Assembly: GCF_006345805.1 (NCBI RefSeq)
Contig: NC_043002.1
Location: 82,956,001-83,020,000, forward strand
DNA from: Octopus sinensis
Lineage: Eukaryota
Direction of reading: 5' to 3'
Length of the DNA stretch: 64,000 nucleotides
Part shown: one piece after another, positions 1 through 12,187 of the stretch
Numbering within the stretch: position 1 is the first letter of the stretch
Layout: the number at the start of each line of letters is the position of its first letter
Position numbers and translations under genes: made by a program
The notes under the pieces: generated by a model
Seen by the model: only the letters and a program-made list of their open reading frames with translations
Databases searched by the model: none
Told to the model about the DNA's origin: nothing

Positions 1-344
1 GGTAAAGGGGATGTTCTAGATAGAAATAACTACAGGGGTATCAAACTGCTGGATCAGGTAATGAAGGTCATGGAGAGGGTCATAGCCCATCTCATCAGGG
101 AGAGAGTCTGCATAGATGAGATGCAGTCTGGTTTTGAGCCGGGCAGAAGCACCACTGATGCCATATTCCTGGTTTGACAACTGCTGGAGAAATACCTAGC
201 CAAAGATAAACCCCTTTACTTAGCTTTTGTGCACTTGGAGAAAGCCTTCGACAGGTTCCCCGATCCCTTATCTGGTGGGCTATGCAGAAACTGGAGATTG
301 ACAAATGGTTAATAAGGGCTGTACAGGCCCTTTACAGAGAGACC
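1..344 (+). mobile_element. RTE-clade LINE reverse transcriptase fragment (degraded)
   Basis: Frame 1 reads GKGDVLDRNNYRGIKLLDQVMKVMERV...QSGFEPGRSTTDAIF.*...AFVHLEKAFDR, with an in-frame stop. Confidence 0.9.
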
Positions 345-349
345 GTTCT

Positions 350-696
350 CTGCTTTAATGATTTGGTAGGTAGAAACTGAAAGAAGCCACATGAAATGCA
401 CACTTGCCGGTGCTGCATTATTACCCCCATGCCGATGGCATGTAAAAAGCACCCAACACATTCTGTAAAGTGGTTGGCATTAGGAAGGGCATCCAGCTGT
501 AGAAACCATACCACAACAGACAATCAAAGTCTGGACAGCTCCCTAGCTGGCCAGCTCCTGTAAAACAGTCCTGCATGGAAAACGAACATTAAACAATGAT
601 GATAATGATAGAGTCCAGCAGGCGGAATCTTATGAACAATCTTTTAACCAATCAGTGTGCAGCTTGGACATCATGGTTTATGTATTTATGTATGTA

Positions 697-727
<31 letters not shown>

Positions 728-940
728 ATCCTTGTCCTGACATCACATGATAGTTGTAAATGAGTGTCACTCTCATACAAGCAGTGTCATTCATTTGTAA
801 TATTCTGTGACGAAATTACCTTACTTGGAAACATGTGAGGGTTGGCGACAGGGAAGGTGCCTGGCCATAGAAATATATGCATCAGTAAATTCCATCTGAC
901 CCATGCAAGTATGGAAAAGTGGACATGAAAATGATGATCA
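350..940 (+). mobile_element. Two SINE 3' fragments with RTE-like tails
   Basis: gtggttggcattaggaagggcatccagctgtag...catggaaaacgaacattaaacaatgatgat tail that recurs throughout the window; a second tail ends atgatgat near 938. Confidence 0.7.
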
Positions 941-1016
941 GGATATATGATTGAACTTGTCTTTAACATTTAGCAAATCAATGTTATTAACTGACTTTTG
1001 TTTGTCCTACTTGCAG

Positions 1017-1172
1017 ACATTCAAGAAGGTTTTAGTAAGAATGTTCCAAGGACTAAACAAAGATTCAATATTTCTGGAGACGAGTATGCACTTAAACCGC
1101 TTTCCTCATGCTCATATTGAGTGTGTTCCTGTAGACGATGAAGAAGGTGCTATGGCCCCAATGTATTTCAAG
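1017..1172 (+). CDS. CWF19L2: CWF19-like protein 2, internal coding exon (CwfJ C-terminal domain 1)
   Basis: ttgcag| acceptor and AAG|gtgagt donor; 156 nt, phase 0-0. Encodes TFKKVLVRMF...FLETSMHLNRFPHAHIECVPVDDEEGAMAPMYFK, the CwfJ HxxIECxP / APxYFK motifs. Upstream exons lie outside the window. Confidence 0.95.
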
Positions 1173-1317
1173 GTGAGTTAACAATAAATAGCATTATTCA
1201 TTATTCCCATTTTTTAACTTTCTCAATATATTTTTAAAAACCCTAGCACCAACAGTCTAGTGTTGATATATGACTTTGCGGTTAAGAAGTTTGCTTTTTA
1301 ATCATGATATCAATCCC

Positions 1318-1369
<52 letters not shown>

Positions 1370-1447
1370 ATATAATAATATTAGGGAGTATATCCAAACT
1401 TACAGGGAAAAATTAGATTTAGGATTAAATTAAATTTCACAGTATAA

Positions 1448-1972
1448 ATATAAATTAAATTAGAGATAAAACCACTATTAGGCAACTCAAACAGAGATAG
1501 ACATAAACCAAAACATAAAAAACGAAAAATAAATATAATTAATATAATATATAATATATATATAAAATATAAAATTTAAAATTTAAATTAGAGAAATTTG
1601 AAATTTTTAAATTCATATTTATAAATTTTTATAGTTTTATATTTTAATTTTAAATTTATAAGTTTTCAAACTTTTAAACTTTTAACCTTTTTTTTAAACT
1701 AACCAAAAAGTATTAAAAGTTTAATATAATATAATAAGTAAAAAATAGTTTAAAAGTTTAAAAATTTATAAATTTAAAATTAAAATATAAAAATATAAAA
1801 ATCTATAAATATAAATTTAAAAATTTCAAATTTCAATAATTTAAATTTTAAATTTTATATATATTTTGTGTATTATAATAATTATATTTATTTTTTGTTT
1901 TTTATGTTTTGGTTTATGTTTATCACTGTTTGAGTTGCCTAATAGTGGTTTTATCTCTAATTTAATTTATAT
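1448..1972. repeat. AT-rich long inverted repeat (arms about 230 bp)
   Basis: aattagagataaaaccactattaggcaactcaaacag... at 1458 is reverse-complemented at 1927-1962; pairing continues inward to about 1680/1747. Confidence 0.85.
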
Positions 1973-2364
1973 ATATATATGTATGTATAAATATATAGAT
2001 ACATATATAAATATATTATATATATAATAAAAGGAAAATAGACAGTTCATATTGACATATGTTAATTTATTAACATATTATATTATTACAATAATATGAA
2101 AATAAATATAAATGCAATCCCCACAACTGTTTCAATTCAAACCCAAAAACCAACCACAAATTTATAAAATTTATATTATGGAAATATTTTTGGGTAAGAA
2201 TCTCATCAGGATAATGGACAAAAATCACATATGCCTGTGCCTATGAAGATAATGAAAATTATATTTACTTATGAATAACAATAACACAGCTGTCATTTCT
2301 TTATTCATTCTTGTTGTCTATTTGTCTTATTCTTTTCTCCCTTTCCGTTTTCTTTTGATTGCAG

Positions 2365-2445
2365 AAAGCAATTCTTGAGTGTGAAACTGAATGGAATATG
2401 AACAAAAAATTGGTGGATCTGACCAAAAAAGACATACGGCGATCG
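2365..2445 (+). CDS. CWF19L2: CWF19-like protein 2, internal coding exon
   Basis: Polypyrimidine tract, ttgcag| acceptor, TCG|gtaatt donor; 81 nt in frame. Encodes [27 protein letters not shown], matching the CWF19L2 KAIxExxxEWxxNKKL motif. Confidence 0.95.
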
Positions 2446-2559
2446 GTAATTCTGTTTTTGTAGTTAAAAAATAAGGTTCTCATCACACTATTTATTAAAG
2501 ATCTCTTTACTCTTTCATTAGTTTCAGTCTTCAATAATCATGCCCCTGCTCACTTGTGG

Positions 2560-3100
2560 TTTCTCTGATGAAATATTTTACATCCCTTAACACAAGGCTC
2601 AAAAAGATTATTACTGTTGATAATCAGTATGTCTCTAATTATCACTCCCACAATGACATGAAAAATTGTAATTGTAGAATACCCAACAATGACCCCTTCG
2701 GGTTATTGCCTGCAATATTATGTCATTTATAGATGCACTGTTTATACAGGGCACCAAAATTCGATAAAACTATACATCGAATGCAAGAAATGATACTTAT
2801 CTCATGTTTGTTCATTTTCTTATATCATCCAGAAATCTTCCACCTCATTAGCAAATAATATCCATGACCACAACTTCCTGTGATATTATCTGGTCCATTA
2901 TTGGGACTGGAAAACCTTATCAAAGTGGGCACATAAAATGCATAAATAGTGTGATGAGAACCTCTGGAAATATTATGTGAGAATACAAAAACTTCTTAAG
3001 AAACAGTATGGTGCAATGCATTCTACAAACATCAAATTTTCAAAATGTTTAGATATTACTTGTATGCTCTCCACTTGTCTTAGATAATAATTAACCTGAA
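2560..3100 (-). mobile_element. Possible highly decayed Penelope-like RT remnant
   Basis: Minus-strand RFLDDI motif near 2820-2840; the rest is broken by stops. Confidence 0.25.
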
Positions 3101-3310
3101 TTGTGACCTAATACTTTTGTGTTTTATATATCTTTCTTCATTTGCTTACATGTATAAACTGAGTCCATTAAAATTACAATATACTTTATTCTTATGATAC
3201 CTTAAAGTCTCTATATTTCCATTCATAGCTACACAACCCTTTTATAATCCCTCCTTATGCATTTTCTAATTCACCTTTTTTTGTCTTCTTCATTTTATCT
3301 TCATATTCTA

Positions 3311-4700
3311 AATAATAATAATGAAATTATTGTATACAGTGCTCAGGTGCACCACAACTTGTCAGAAAGTGCATATAAAGTACATGCAGTAATGTAGAAA
3401 TGTCTGGAAAGCGAACAATGTATGAGTCAGATACATACTTGTGTGTGTATGGAGGGGAGAAAATCAAATGTAGTGTTGGCGAATCTCAGGAAGCATGGAA
3501 GTTTGGAAGGATGCATTGCTCCGACAACTAACAACCGATGCCGGCAGTTTGTTCCATGCTTCAGCAACTCTCAGCGTGAAAAAATGTTTCCTGAAGTCAT
3601 GGGAGCTGTGCTGTTTTCTTACTTTGTAAATATGTCCACGGGTGTTAGATGGGTGGAGTTTGAAGAGGTGCTCAGAGTTATTGTTTGTGCGATGGTTGAT
3701 AATTTTATGGGTGTCTGCCAAGTCAGCTGCCAGACGTCGGAGTTTCAATGTGTCCATGCCCAGGGAAGTAAGGCATTCAGGATATGGCAAATGCCTGATG
3801 GAGGGTATTCTTTTGGTTGCACGTCGCTGAACAGCTTCCAGACGATTGATGTCCTGGGCAAGATAGGGGTTCCAGACCGGTGATGCAAATTCCAGGTGAG
3901 GTCTTACCATAGCTATATAAAGTCACAGATAGATAGCCGGAGAGCGGCTCACAAAGGATTTGGTGAGTGATGCCAAGACACCCTCAGCCTTCTTGACAAT
4001 TTTAGCGATGTGTTTTGTCCAACGCAAATCACTGTCGACATTAACACCCAGGTCACGTTCACATGAAGACTTTTTGAGATTAGTGTTGTGGAGGGAGTAG
4101 GTGGACGCTGGGTTTCTCCTCCCAAAATGCATGGTGGTACATTTGTCCACAGCCAGCTTGAGTTGCCAGTCCATGATCCACTGCTGCATTGTGTCCAGGT
4201 CTGCTTGCAATAGAGATCTATAGTGTACAGGATTTTACCTCTTTATTTCGAGGTACAGCTTGATGTCATCTGCATATTTCAGCACTGTGGCATTCTTTAA
4301 GTTGGCATCTATGTCATTAACATATGCAACAAATAAAAGGGGGCCAAGAACAGATCCCTGTGGTACACCAGATGTCATCTCATAGGGCGAAGAGTGCTGT
4401 CCTAGAACTGTGACAACCTCTTTTCAGCTGAAAATAAAGGACTTTAACCAGTTATATAGTTCGTGTCTTACACCCAACGCAGAAAGCTTCACCATAAGTC
4501 TTTTGTGTGGCACAGAGTTAAAAGCCTTAGCAAAGTCCAGGTAAACAACATCCACCCAGGATCCGCGATCAGTGATTTGGGTAACATCCTCAAGAAACTC
4601 GATGAGTTGATTACAGCAGCTGGAGTTAGGAATAAATCCGAATTGTGACGGCTTGACGAGGCTGTGAGACTTCCAGAAGTTCCAGAGGGTTTCTCTTATT
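3311..4700 (-). mobile_element. CR1-clade LINE, 5'-truncated and frameshifted
   Basis: DVVYLDFAKAF, SGVPQGSVLGPLLF, KYADD, DLGV..DSDL.W..H and VRPHLEFASPVWNP motifs; (ATT)n tail near 3311. Confidence 0.93.
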
Positions 4701-4926
4701 TTCTGGTTCTTTTCATTTTTTAATTTTTTGCATTTCTTTACATTTTTATTGAGGTTCCTCTCTTGCCTGCTTGCTCAGTTGCCTACACTATATTAAGAAT
4801 GTCATAAGGTCATCTGTCACTTGGCAGGGGTGCCCAACTACTCTCCTTCTTTCTTTTGTTTTCTTCTTTTTCTTTTAATGAATTCTCTTTGACCTCTTTT
4901 CCTCAAACTTTGATTTATGACTTTAT

Positions 4927-4960
<34 letters not shown>

Positions 4961-5063
4961 ATATATATATATATAAAGCAAATAAGAAAATGGAGAGGAT
5001 AATAAATTGACAAACATCATCAGCCTGTAGACATTCATTTATATCTATTTATTAATTGATCAC

Positions 5064-5700
5064 AGGTGCAGGAGTAGCTGTGTGGTAAGTAGCTTGCTAA
5101 CCAACAACATTGTTCTGGGTTCAGTCCCACTGTGTGGCATCTTGGGCAAGTGTCTTCTGCTATAGCCCCGGGCCGACCAATGCCTTGTGAGTGGATTTGG
5201 TAGACGGAAACTGAAAGAAGCCTGTTGTATATATGTATATATATATATATATATATTTCTTTACTACCCACAAGGGGCTAAACACAGACGGGACAAACAA
5301 GGTCAGACAAACGGATTAAGTCGATTATATCGACCCCAGTGTGTAACTGGTACTTAATTTATCGACCCCGAAAGGATGAAAGGCAAAGTCGACCTCGGCG
5401 GAATTTGAACTCGGAACGTGACGACAGACGAAATACAGCTACGCATTTCGCCCAGCGTGCTAACGTTTCTGCCAGCTCGCCGCCATTATATATATATGTG
5501 TGTGTGTTTGTGCCCCTAGCATTGCTTGACAACCGATGCTGGTGTGTTTACGTCCCCGTCACTTAGCAGTTCGGCAAAAGAGACCGATAGAATAAGTACT
5601 GGGCTTACAAAGAATAAGTCCTGGGGTCGATTTGCTCGACTAAAGGCGGTGCTCCAGCATGGCCGCAGTCAAATGACTGAAACAAGTAAAAAAGAGTAAA
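5064..5700 (+). mobile_element. tRNA-derived SINE split by a second SINE inserted in its internal (TA)n
   Basis: Head ggtgcaggagtagctgtgtggtaag...gggttcagtcccac with A/B-box-like motifs (5064-5228); 3' half at 5497-5700. An uninterrupted copy lies at 41427-41760. Confidence 0.85.
5256..5484 (-). mobile_element. tRNA-derived SINE, second family (ggcggcgagctggcagaaacgttag head; Meta-like central domain)
   Basis: Near-identical to 40340-40572 (+) and 58400-58620 (-); central gcctttcatcctttcggggtcgataaa motif; B-box-like gagttcaaattcc. Confidence 0.88.
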
Positions 5701-6307
5701 AGAGATATGATTGTAATCAATTAAACAGATATAGATGAATGTCCACAGGCTGATGTTTGTCAATTGATAATCCTTTCCATTTTCTTATTTGCCTTATAAA
5801 TTCTGGGTAAATTTCTGTTTTACCCCAACACATACCTGGTATTCAATTGCAGTGCTGCCCAGCAATAGTAAGCACTTAGATATAAATACGTAGGTATACA
5901 CCCAGTAGTATATTGGATATTTATTATCCCTTAGGTGGTTGCATAACCTCTAACTCATACAGACATATATATATATATGAACAGATAAAAATGAAAAAAA
6001 AGAAGGAAAAAAACAACAAACGTGAAGATGAGGATGTGCACAAGAAATATATTAGCTTGAGAGTTGGTGAAAGGAGAGAGTTTATTGTTTTGAGCATAGC
6101 TCTTCGTTGGAAACAGTCCAAAGGAGGAGAAGAAGAAATCGCCAATGAGTCATGTGTAGTTACATTTATTACAGTATACACACACATACACATGCACTTT
6201 CAGTATATCAATAAATAAAGTTTGACAGCGAATATTAAATGATGACGATGATGTAACCGAAAAGTCACCAAAAAGTAACCAATAGTCTATTTCGTTTCTA
6301 TTTGTAG

Positions 6308-6409
6308 ATTCCCAAAGGATTCCCATTCTTCAGTGTTAACTTTGGTATCCAAAGTGGTTTTGCACATGCAATAGAAGATGAAAAACGGTTTCCAATTAAT
6401 TTTGGCAAG
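6308..6409 (+). CDS. CWF19L2: CWF19-like protein 2, penultimate coding exon
   Basis: ttgtag| acceptor, AAG|gttagt donor; 102 nt. Encodes [34 protein letters not shown] (CwfJ C-terminal domain 2). Confidence 0.95.
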
Positions 6410-6465
6410 GTTAGTAAATATTTCACCACTTTCTTTCAATATTATAGAGTAAGTGTTTCTCACAG

Positions 6466-6503
<38 letters not shown>

Positions 6504-6794
6504 CTCAAATCCTGGACCAGGCTGCATGTTGTGTTCTTGAGCAAGACACTTTATATATATATAGTGAAGGCACATGACTCAGTGGTTAGAGCATCAAGCT
6601 TATGATCGCGAGGTTATGAATTGGTATATTTGATAAAATTATGATGGCTTCTAACACTGGTGAAGAAAGAAATTATATGGTTGTCACTGTATTTATCTGT
6701 ATATGTATGTATATGTTATCTAAGTATATGTGTGTGTGTGTATGTATTGCTGTCTTAAAACAGATTGGAAATGGTTGTGGTGATGATGATGATT

Positions 6795-7365
6795 AGTTAG
6801 TTAGTTAATTTGGCTCAAAAGCAAATAGCAAGGCCATGTAGGGGGACATGGAGTTAAGTACAGGGTGGTGTTCATGTAAAGAGTTCAGGCCACTTGAGGT
6901 CAAGGGAGGCTTTGAACAAAGCGGTCGTCGGCATCTTCACCATCTCGTCTGGCAGCTTGTTCCACGGATCCGCAACCCGGACGGAGAAAGCTCCTCTCCT
7001 TCGATTGAGATGAAATCGTCGCAGGTAGAGCTTTTCGGAATGACCCCGCAGCCGACGCTCTGGAGCAGGAGTGAAGAACAGCTCTTTCGAGAGGTTACAC
7101 TTTCCGCTTATGATGTTGTGGGCGAGAATGAGATCACCACGGCGGTGGCGTTTTTCAAGAGAATAAAGGTCGAGCGTCCTCAGCCTTTCTTCATAGGACA
7201 AATTTTTGAGACCATGAACCATGCGGGTAGCCAGCTTCTGGACTCTTTCGAGATGCTGTATGTCTTTGAGGAGATAAGGAGAAGAGGCTTGAATCCCGTA
7301 CTCCAATATGGGTCTCACCAGCGTGACATAGAGTGGTAGGAATATGGCTGCTGTGAGCATTCCGA
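6795..7365 (-). mobile_element. CR1-clade LINE 3' fragment
   Basis: ORF LYVTLVRPILEYG...LERVQKLATRMV.GL..LSYEERL..L.LYSLEKR..RGDLI; (TAAC)n tail. Confidence 0.92.
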
Positions 7366-7379
7366 AATGATGTTATGGT

Positions 7380-7845
7380 GATGATTCCCATACTGAGTGG
7401 TGCATTATGTTCTAGAGCAAAAACACTTTATTTTACATTGCTCCAGTCCACTCAGCTGCAAATGGTTAACCCTGCAACAAACTGGCATTCTGTTCAGGGG
7501 GAATATTGGCCAGCTCATCTAGCCAGCGGGGGGAGGGGTCATTTGGAAAATAAAATGATGCAAAGTGTATTCTGACCAGTAATGTATAACAACATTCAAC
7601 AGCCTGGTCAATCATGTGATTATAAGATGTCTGTCTGTCTGCCTGTCTGTCCGTCTATCCATCCATCCATCCACACACAGGCCTGGCTGTGTGGTAAGAA
7701 GTTTGCTTCCCAACAACATATTTCTGGGTTCAGCCCCACTGCAAGGCATCTTGCATAAGTGTCTTCTGTTATAACCTTGTGCTGACAAAAGTCCTGTGAG
7801 TGGTTTCGGTAGATGGAAACTGAAAGAAGCCTGTCATGTGTGTGT
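7380..7845 (+). mobile_element. SINE fragments (CORE-like body plus a tRNA head)
   Basis: gagcaaaaacactttattttacattgctccagtccactcagctg core; head ggctgtgtggtaagaagtttgcttccc at 7685. Confidence 0.65.
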
Positions 7846-8589
7846 GGTTTATATCTCTGTATGTGTTGATAGGTTTGCTCGTTGAGAAAAATTGAATGAC
7901 GGCCATTCAAAAATGTATGTGTATGTGTGTTGTTTACTTGTATTTGTAAGTATATATATATATTGTATATTTTTAAACTTTTTTATATTTTATATTTATA
8001 CTCTTATATTTATATTTTCATATTCCTTTTTATATTTTATATTTTTTTAAAAAATATATTCATTTTATATTTATATTTATATTTAACATCATCATCATCA
8101 TCATCATTTAACGGCCACAATCGGACGGTGCTTTTTACGTGCCACCGGCACGGCGCTGGCAACGGCCACGTTCGGATGGTTCTCTTACGTGCCATCGGCA
8201 CTGGTATCACAGCTACAATTTCCATAACATATATATATAATTCCTTTTATATCGCAATTGAGTAAACCTATCAATAATGAACCTATAATGACTACTGGAA
8301 ACAGTTGTAAGTCAAATTTACTACAGTAAAGAACAATATGTAATGACCATTATTTATGCCTTGTCTTGTATATCAGTCTGTATTAAAAAAAAAAGACCCA
8401 ATATAACTGAAACACAACCACGAATTGACAATATTGAATGGTTAAATTGCCACAAAAATAAGCCAAGTTCTTTACTAATCTAAACAATATTGATAGCCTG
8501 GCATACTAACACAGAGTTTATAAAATATTTTACCTGGATTGATAATCCCTTGATAATAACTCTGATTTTATATATATATTATATATATA

Positions 8590-8629
<40 letters not shown>

Positions 8630-8722
8630 TTATATAAATAAGGATAAGATCGTTAATTTAATTATCGATCTTATCAAGTGGCCAGCATGGGAATAAAAAC
8701 TTTCAAAGTTAATAATTATTAT

Positions 8723-8925
8723 TAAAATTATAATTTAGGGGATCTAAGAGATACCTCCATGCTGGAAATAGCAGCCAAAACTTGACTCTAAAACCACATT
8801 AAATGTTCATACAGCACCAGCACTCTCTTGGTGCTGTATGAACATTTAATGTGGTTTTAAAGTCAAGTTTTGGTTGCTATTTCCAGCGTGTAGGTATCTA
8901 TTAGATACCCTAAATTATAATTTTA
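8723..8925. repeat. Fold-back palindrome, arms about 96 bp, loop about 9 nt
   Basis: aaccacattaaatgttcatacagcacca-gcactctct-tggtgctgtatgaacatttaatgtggtt, with pairing extending to both ends. Confidence 0.92.
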
Positions 8926-8991
8926 TATATATTTTATATAAACGGTGGTGCATCAGCATGGCTGCAGCTCTGAGCTGAAACTAGAAAAAAA

Positions 8992-8995
<4 letters not shown>

Positions 8996-9026
<31 letters not shown>

Positions 9027-9075
9027 TGTATGTATGTATGTATGTATGTATGTATGTATGTATGTATGTATGTGT
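8996..9075. repeat. (TATG)n microsatellite
   Basis: Direct reading. Confidence 0.95.
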
Positions 9076-9759
9076 GTGTGTATGTATGTATATATGTATG
9101 GGTTTGCATATATATATATATGGGTAGGTGTTTGTATATGTGTGTGTGTGGATATGTTATTGGGACTGTATGTGTGCATCTGAATGTTAGTGTCTGGATT
9201 TTATGTATATCACTGAATGTAGGTATATGTGTATGTAACTAAATCATCATCATCATCATCTAACTTCCATGTACCATGCTGGCATGAGTTGGATGGTTTG
9301 ACAGGATCTGATGGGCCACAGTACTGCATTGTGCTCCGGTGTCTGCTTTGGCATGGTTTCTGTGGCTGGATGCTCTTCCTCACATCAACCACTTTACAGT
9401 GTGACCTGGGTGCCATTTTCCATACCACTAACACTAGTGAGGTCACCATGCAACCTGCAAGACCCTGAGAGTGCAGCTTCACATAAGAGGCTGCAGAGTA
9501 AAAGTATGAGAGAAGTGGCTAGAGCAGAACAGGTTTCTTTCTGTAGAAGATAAAGTAGGAGTGTCAAGGATGGAGCTGGAAAGGGATGAAAAATGTTGTT
9601 GATGAGGTTTCAGGGTGGATCCTCGAGGGATGAGGTTGGTAGAAGTGAGTGGGACAGAGGGATCAGGAGCATTGTACATGTGAGAATAATTGTGAATCAT
9701 TCTACAGCTTAATTTTATATATCTAAAAAAAAGTATGATGATTTGTTAACAATGAAATA

Positions 9760-10280
9760 GGTTTTAAGGTTACATATGTAGTCTCAAGTACCATAGTTCA
9801 CAATTGTACTGGCTAAAATATATCCTTTATGGAAAGATAAGTAATAAGTAATAAGAAAGATATAAAATTGAGTATTAAAGATTAAAATAATGAAAAGGAA
9901 CTAAATGAATAATCTTAATAACTAATGAGATTAAGTATAAAAGGTATATAAATCTTATAAAAAATATAAATATATACTAGGATTATATCAATTGAATAAG
10001 TGAGTATCTTATGATTGTAAACAGGTTTTAAATGTTTATAATTAAGGCTAAGCTGAAGGGTAAGTATATAGAATATAGAGTGTAAACTTCGATGGAGCAA
10101 ATAAAATATTTCTCACAATATGAGAAAAGTTTGCTTAACAAAAAGCAAAAAAAACCTGCCTCTACACTTGAGGCAGATTTTCTTAGGTTGATGCTCTTGG
10201 TGTCAGCAACCCTTAGCTGTTTTGAAGTAAGATATCTCCTGATGGCCAGCCATATTTTTGCTGAATACTGGAAATGACAC
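9760..10280. repeat. Copy 1 of a direct repeat of about 510 bp (copy 2 at 12840-13345)
   Basis: tagtctcaagtaccatagttcacaattgtactggct...cacttgaggcagattttcttagg...ggccagccatatttttgctg is collinear in both copies. Confidence 0.88.
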
Positions 10281-10729
10281 TAAATTAAATATTGAAATGA
10301 CACTAAATTGAATATTGAAATTTAAAAATTCAGATATGTTCGTCTGTCATGGGAGATGAGAGCCTGATGTGAAAAGAAAGAATTGTCTCTACAATGAAGA
10401 ACTTTGTTCAAAAGACAAGTTTCTCATATTTTCTTGTAAATTTATTGAAATTTAAGCAATTTTCCCATTGTAGACCACATTTGCTTTCTCCAAACACTAT
10501 TTTTTTCTTTTTTATTTGACTTATGAAGGAATTTAATTGCAAATTTGACCTTATTAAAAGAGTTTGAAAAATAAGTAACAGTGATAACATTTAAAAAAAT
10601 GCTAGCATGGAGAACGGACGTTAAACAATGATAATGATAAATATAGGCATGGCTGTGTGGTAAGAAGCTTGCTTCCCAACCACATGGTTCTGGGTTTAGT
10701 CCCATTGTGTGGCACCTTAGGCAAGTGTC

Positions 10730-11075
10730 TTATTTCTCCAATTGGGTGTGACTTCCCAGACTTAGCAACAAGCAATAGAATGTTGTACCTTGCAATCAAT
10801 TCATCATTCTCCCGTTTACTAGTTTCCTGGAGTTGCGTGCTGAATGTTTGTATTTGCTTTTTGAAAAAGGTGCTCAGTTCAAAAAGGATGACAATGGCTT
10901 GTCCTTGTCAGAATGCTTTGCATCAAAGTGATACGTCAAGCGTGAAGGTTTCATTGCTCCATTGGTCAGTGTTTGATGGCAAAGAAGGCACGTTGGTAAC
11001 TGACAGTTCTGAGGAGAGAGAATAAATCCAAATGATAAATAATTGCTACTGTACTGTCAACAAATTTTCTTGACT
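10730..11075 (-). mobile_element. hAT (Buster/Charlie-like) transposase N-terminal remnant with BED zinc finger
   Basis: Minus strand QYSSNYLSFGFI...LPTCLLCHQTLTNGAMKPSRLTYHFDAKHSDK, then in a shifted frame IARYNILLLVAKSGKSHPIGE. Confidence 0.85.
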
Positions 11076-11308
11076 GGAGGCTTCAGTAAAGTGAAAATGT
11101 GAAAACGAATTTCTATAGATGGCGTTAGAAAGGCAGCATGGTATTCCCAAAGAGAAGACGTCAATAGAGCAGAGTGAGATGTCACATCTTTACTGGAGCA
11201 AATATGGATCTAGTTCGTTTGGCTGCCAGTATTTCAAAAATTAAAGTTTATTGCAAATTTTAGAATTTGGCACATTAATGTACCTTTCCAAGCTAAATTG
11301 CTGGAGTT

Positions 11309-11570
11309 CATCATCATCATCGTTTAACGTCCATTCTCCATGCTAGCATGGGTTGGATGGTTTGACTGGGGATCTGGGAAGCCAGAAGGCTGCACCAGGC
11401 TCCAGTCTGATCTGGCAGTGTTTCTACAGCTGGATGCCCTTCCTAACGCCAACCACTCCGTGAGTGTAGTGGGTGCTTTTTACGTGCCAACTGCACAGGT
11501 GTCAGGCGAGGCTGGCAACGGCCACGATCGGATTGGTGTATTTTATGTGCCACTGGCACGGAAGCCCAGA
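11309..11570 (-). mobile_element. RTE LINE 3' UTR fragment with (GAT)n tail
   Basis: Homologous to 16103-16400 and 27412-27720; smaller related pieces at 8088-8226, 9244-9430 and 31652-31795. Confidence 0.85.
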
Positions 11571-12054
11571 AAAATGGTTTTAAAAAGTTACAGAGGTTTA
11601 AAGTTTAATCATTTTCATCCAGTCAAGAAACACAATTTCAAATCTGTCATTTTGTGTGACAGCACATTTTGTCAACATCCTGAAAATAGCATTTGTGTTT
11701 TGATATGAAACCATAGAATTATGCACGACATATAACCCCTCATAACTTTTTTATTTTTCGGAGTTTTCAGAAAATATTTGCGAATTTGAATTCTGTAGGC
11801 GAGACTTCATACAATTATGCAAAAAAAAAAGATGTAGCAGAGTGTGATTTAAGGCCTAGGCCTATTTGGCTGCTATTTTTAGCATGCATGACAACTATCT
11901 CAATGACTGCAACAAAGATATTCAATCGATAAACAAGTCCACTTTTTTAAATACAAAAGGATGTCTCATGCGAGTAGTCAAATCGATAAAAGTGCATCCT
12001 TATTCTAGGCATGCCTAGATATCAGTAAATGCAGACTTAATTTCCAAAAATTCA

Positions 12055-12187
12055 TTGTCACCCCCAAAATGTTCATATCGCCCATCAAAATTTCAAATCA
12101 CTCACCATTTTCTAGAAATTTGCCCATTGCCCCACCTGTAAGTTGAAATCGCCCACCAGTGGGCGATATCACCCACATTGCTCTAGA
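12055..12187 (+). mobile_element. Probable hAT subterminal remnant
   Basis: Repeated atcgccc motifs and gggcgatatc followed by ctctaga, resembling Charlie/Buster ends. Confidence 0.4.

Noticed and set aside
5064-5140. tRNA-like A/B boxes here and at 20342, 38136, 40340 and 41427
   Set aside because: These are SINE heads; no complete cloverleaf, and each continues into a SINE body.
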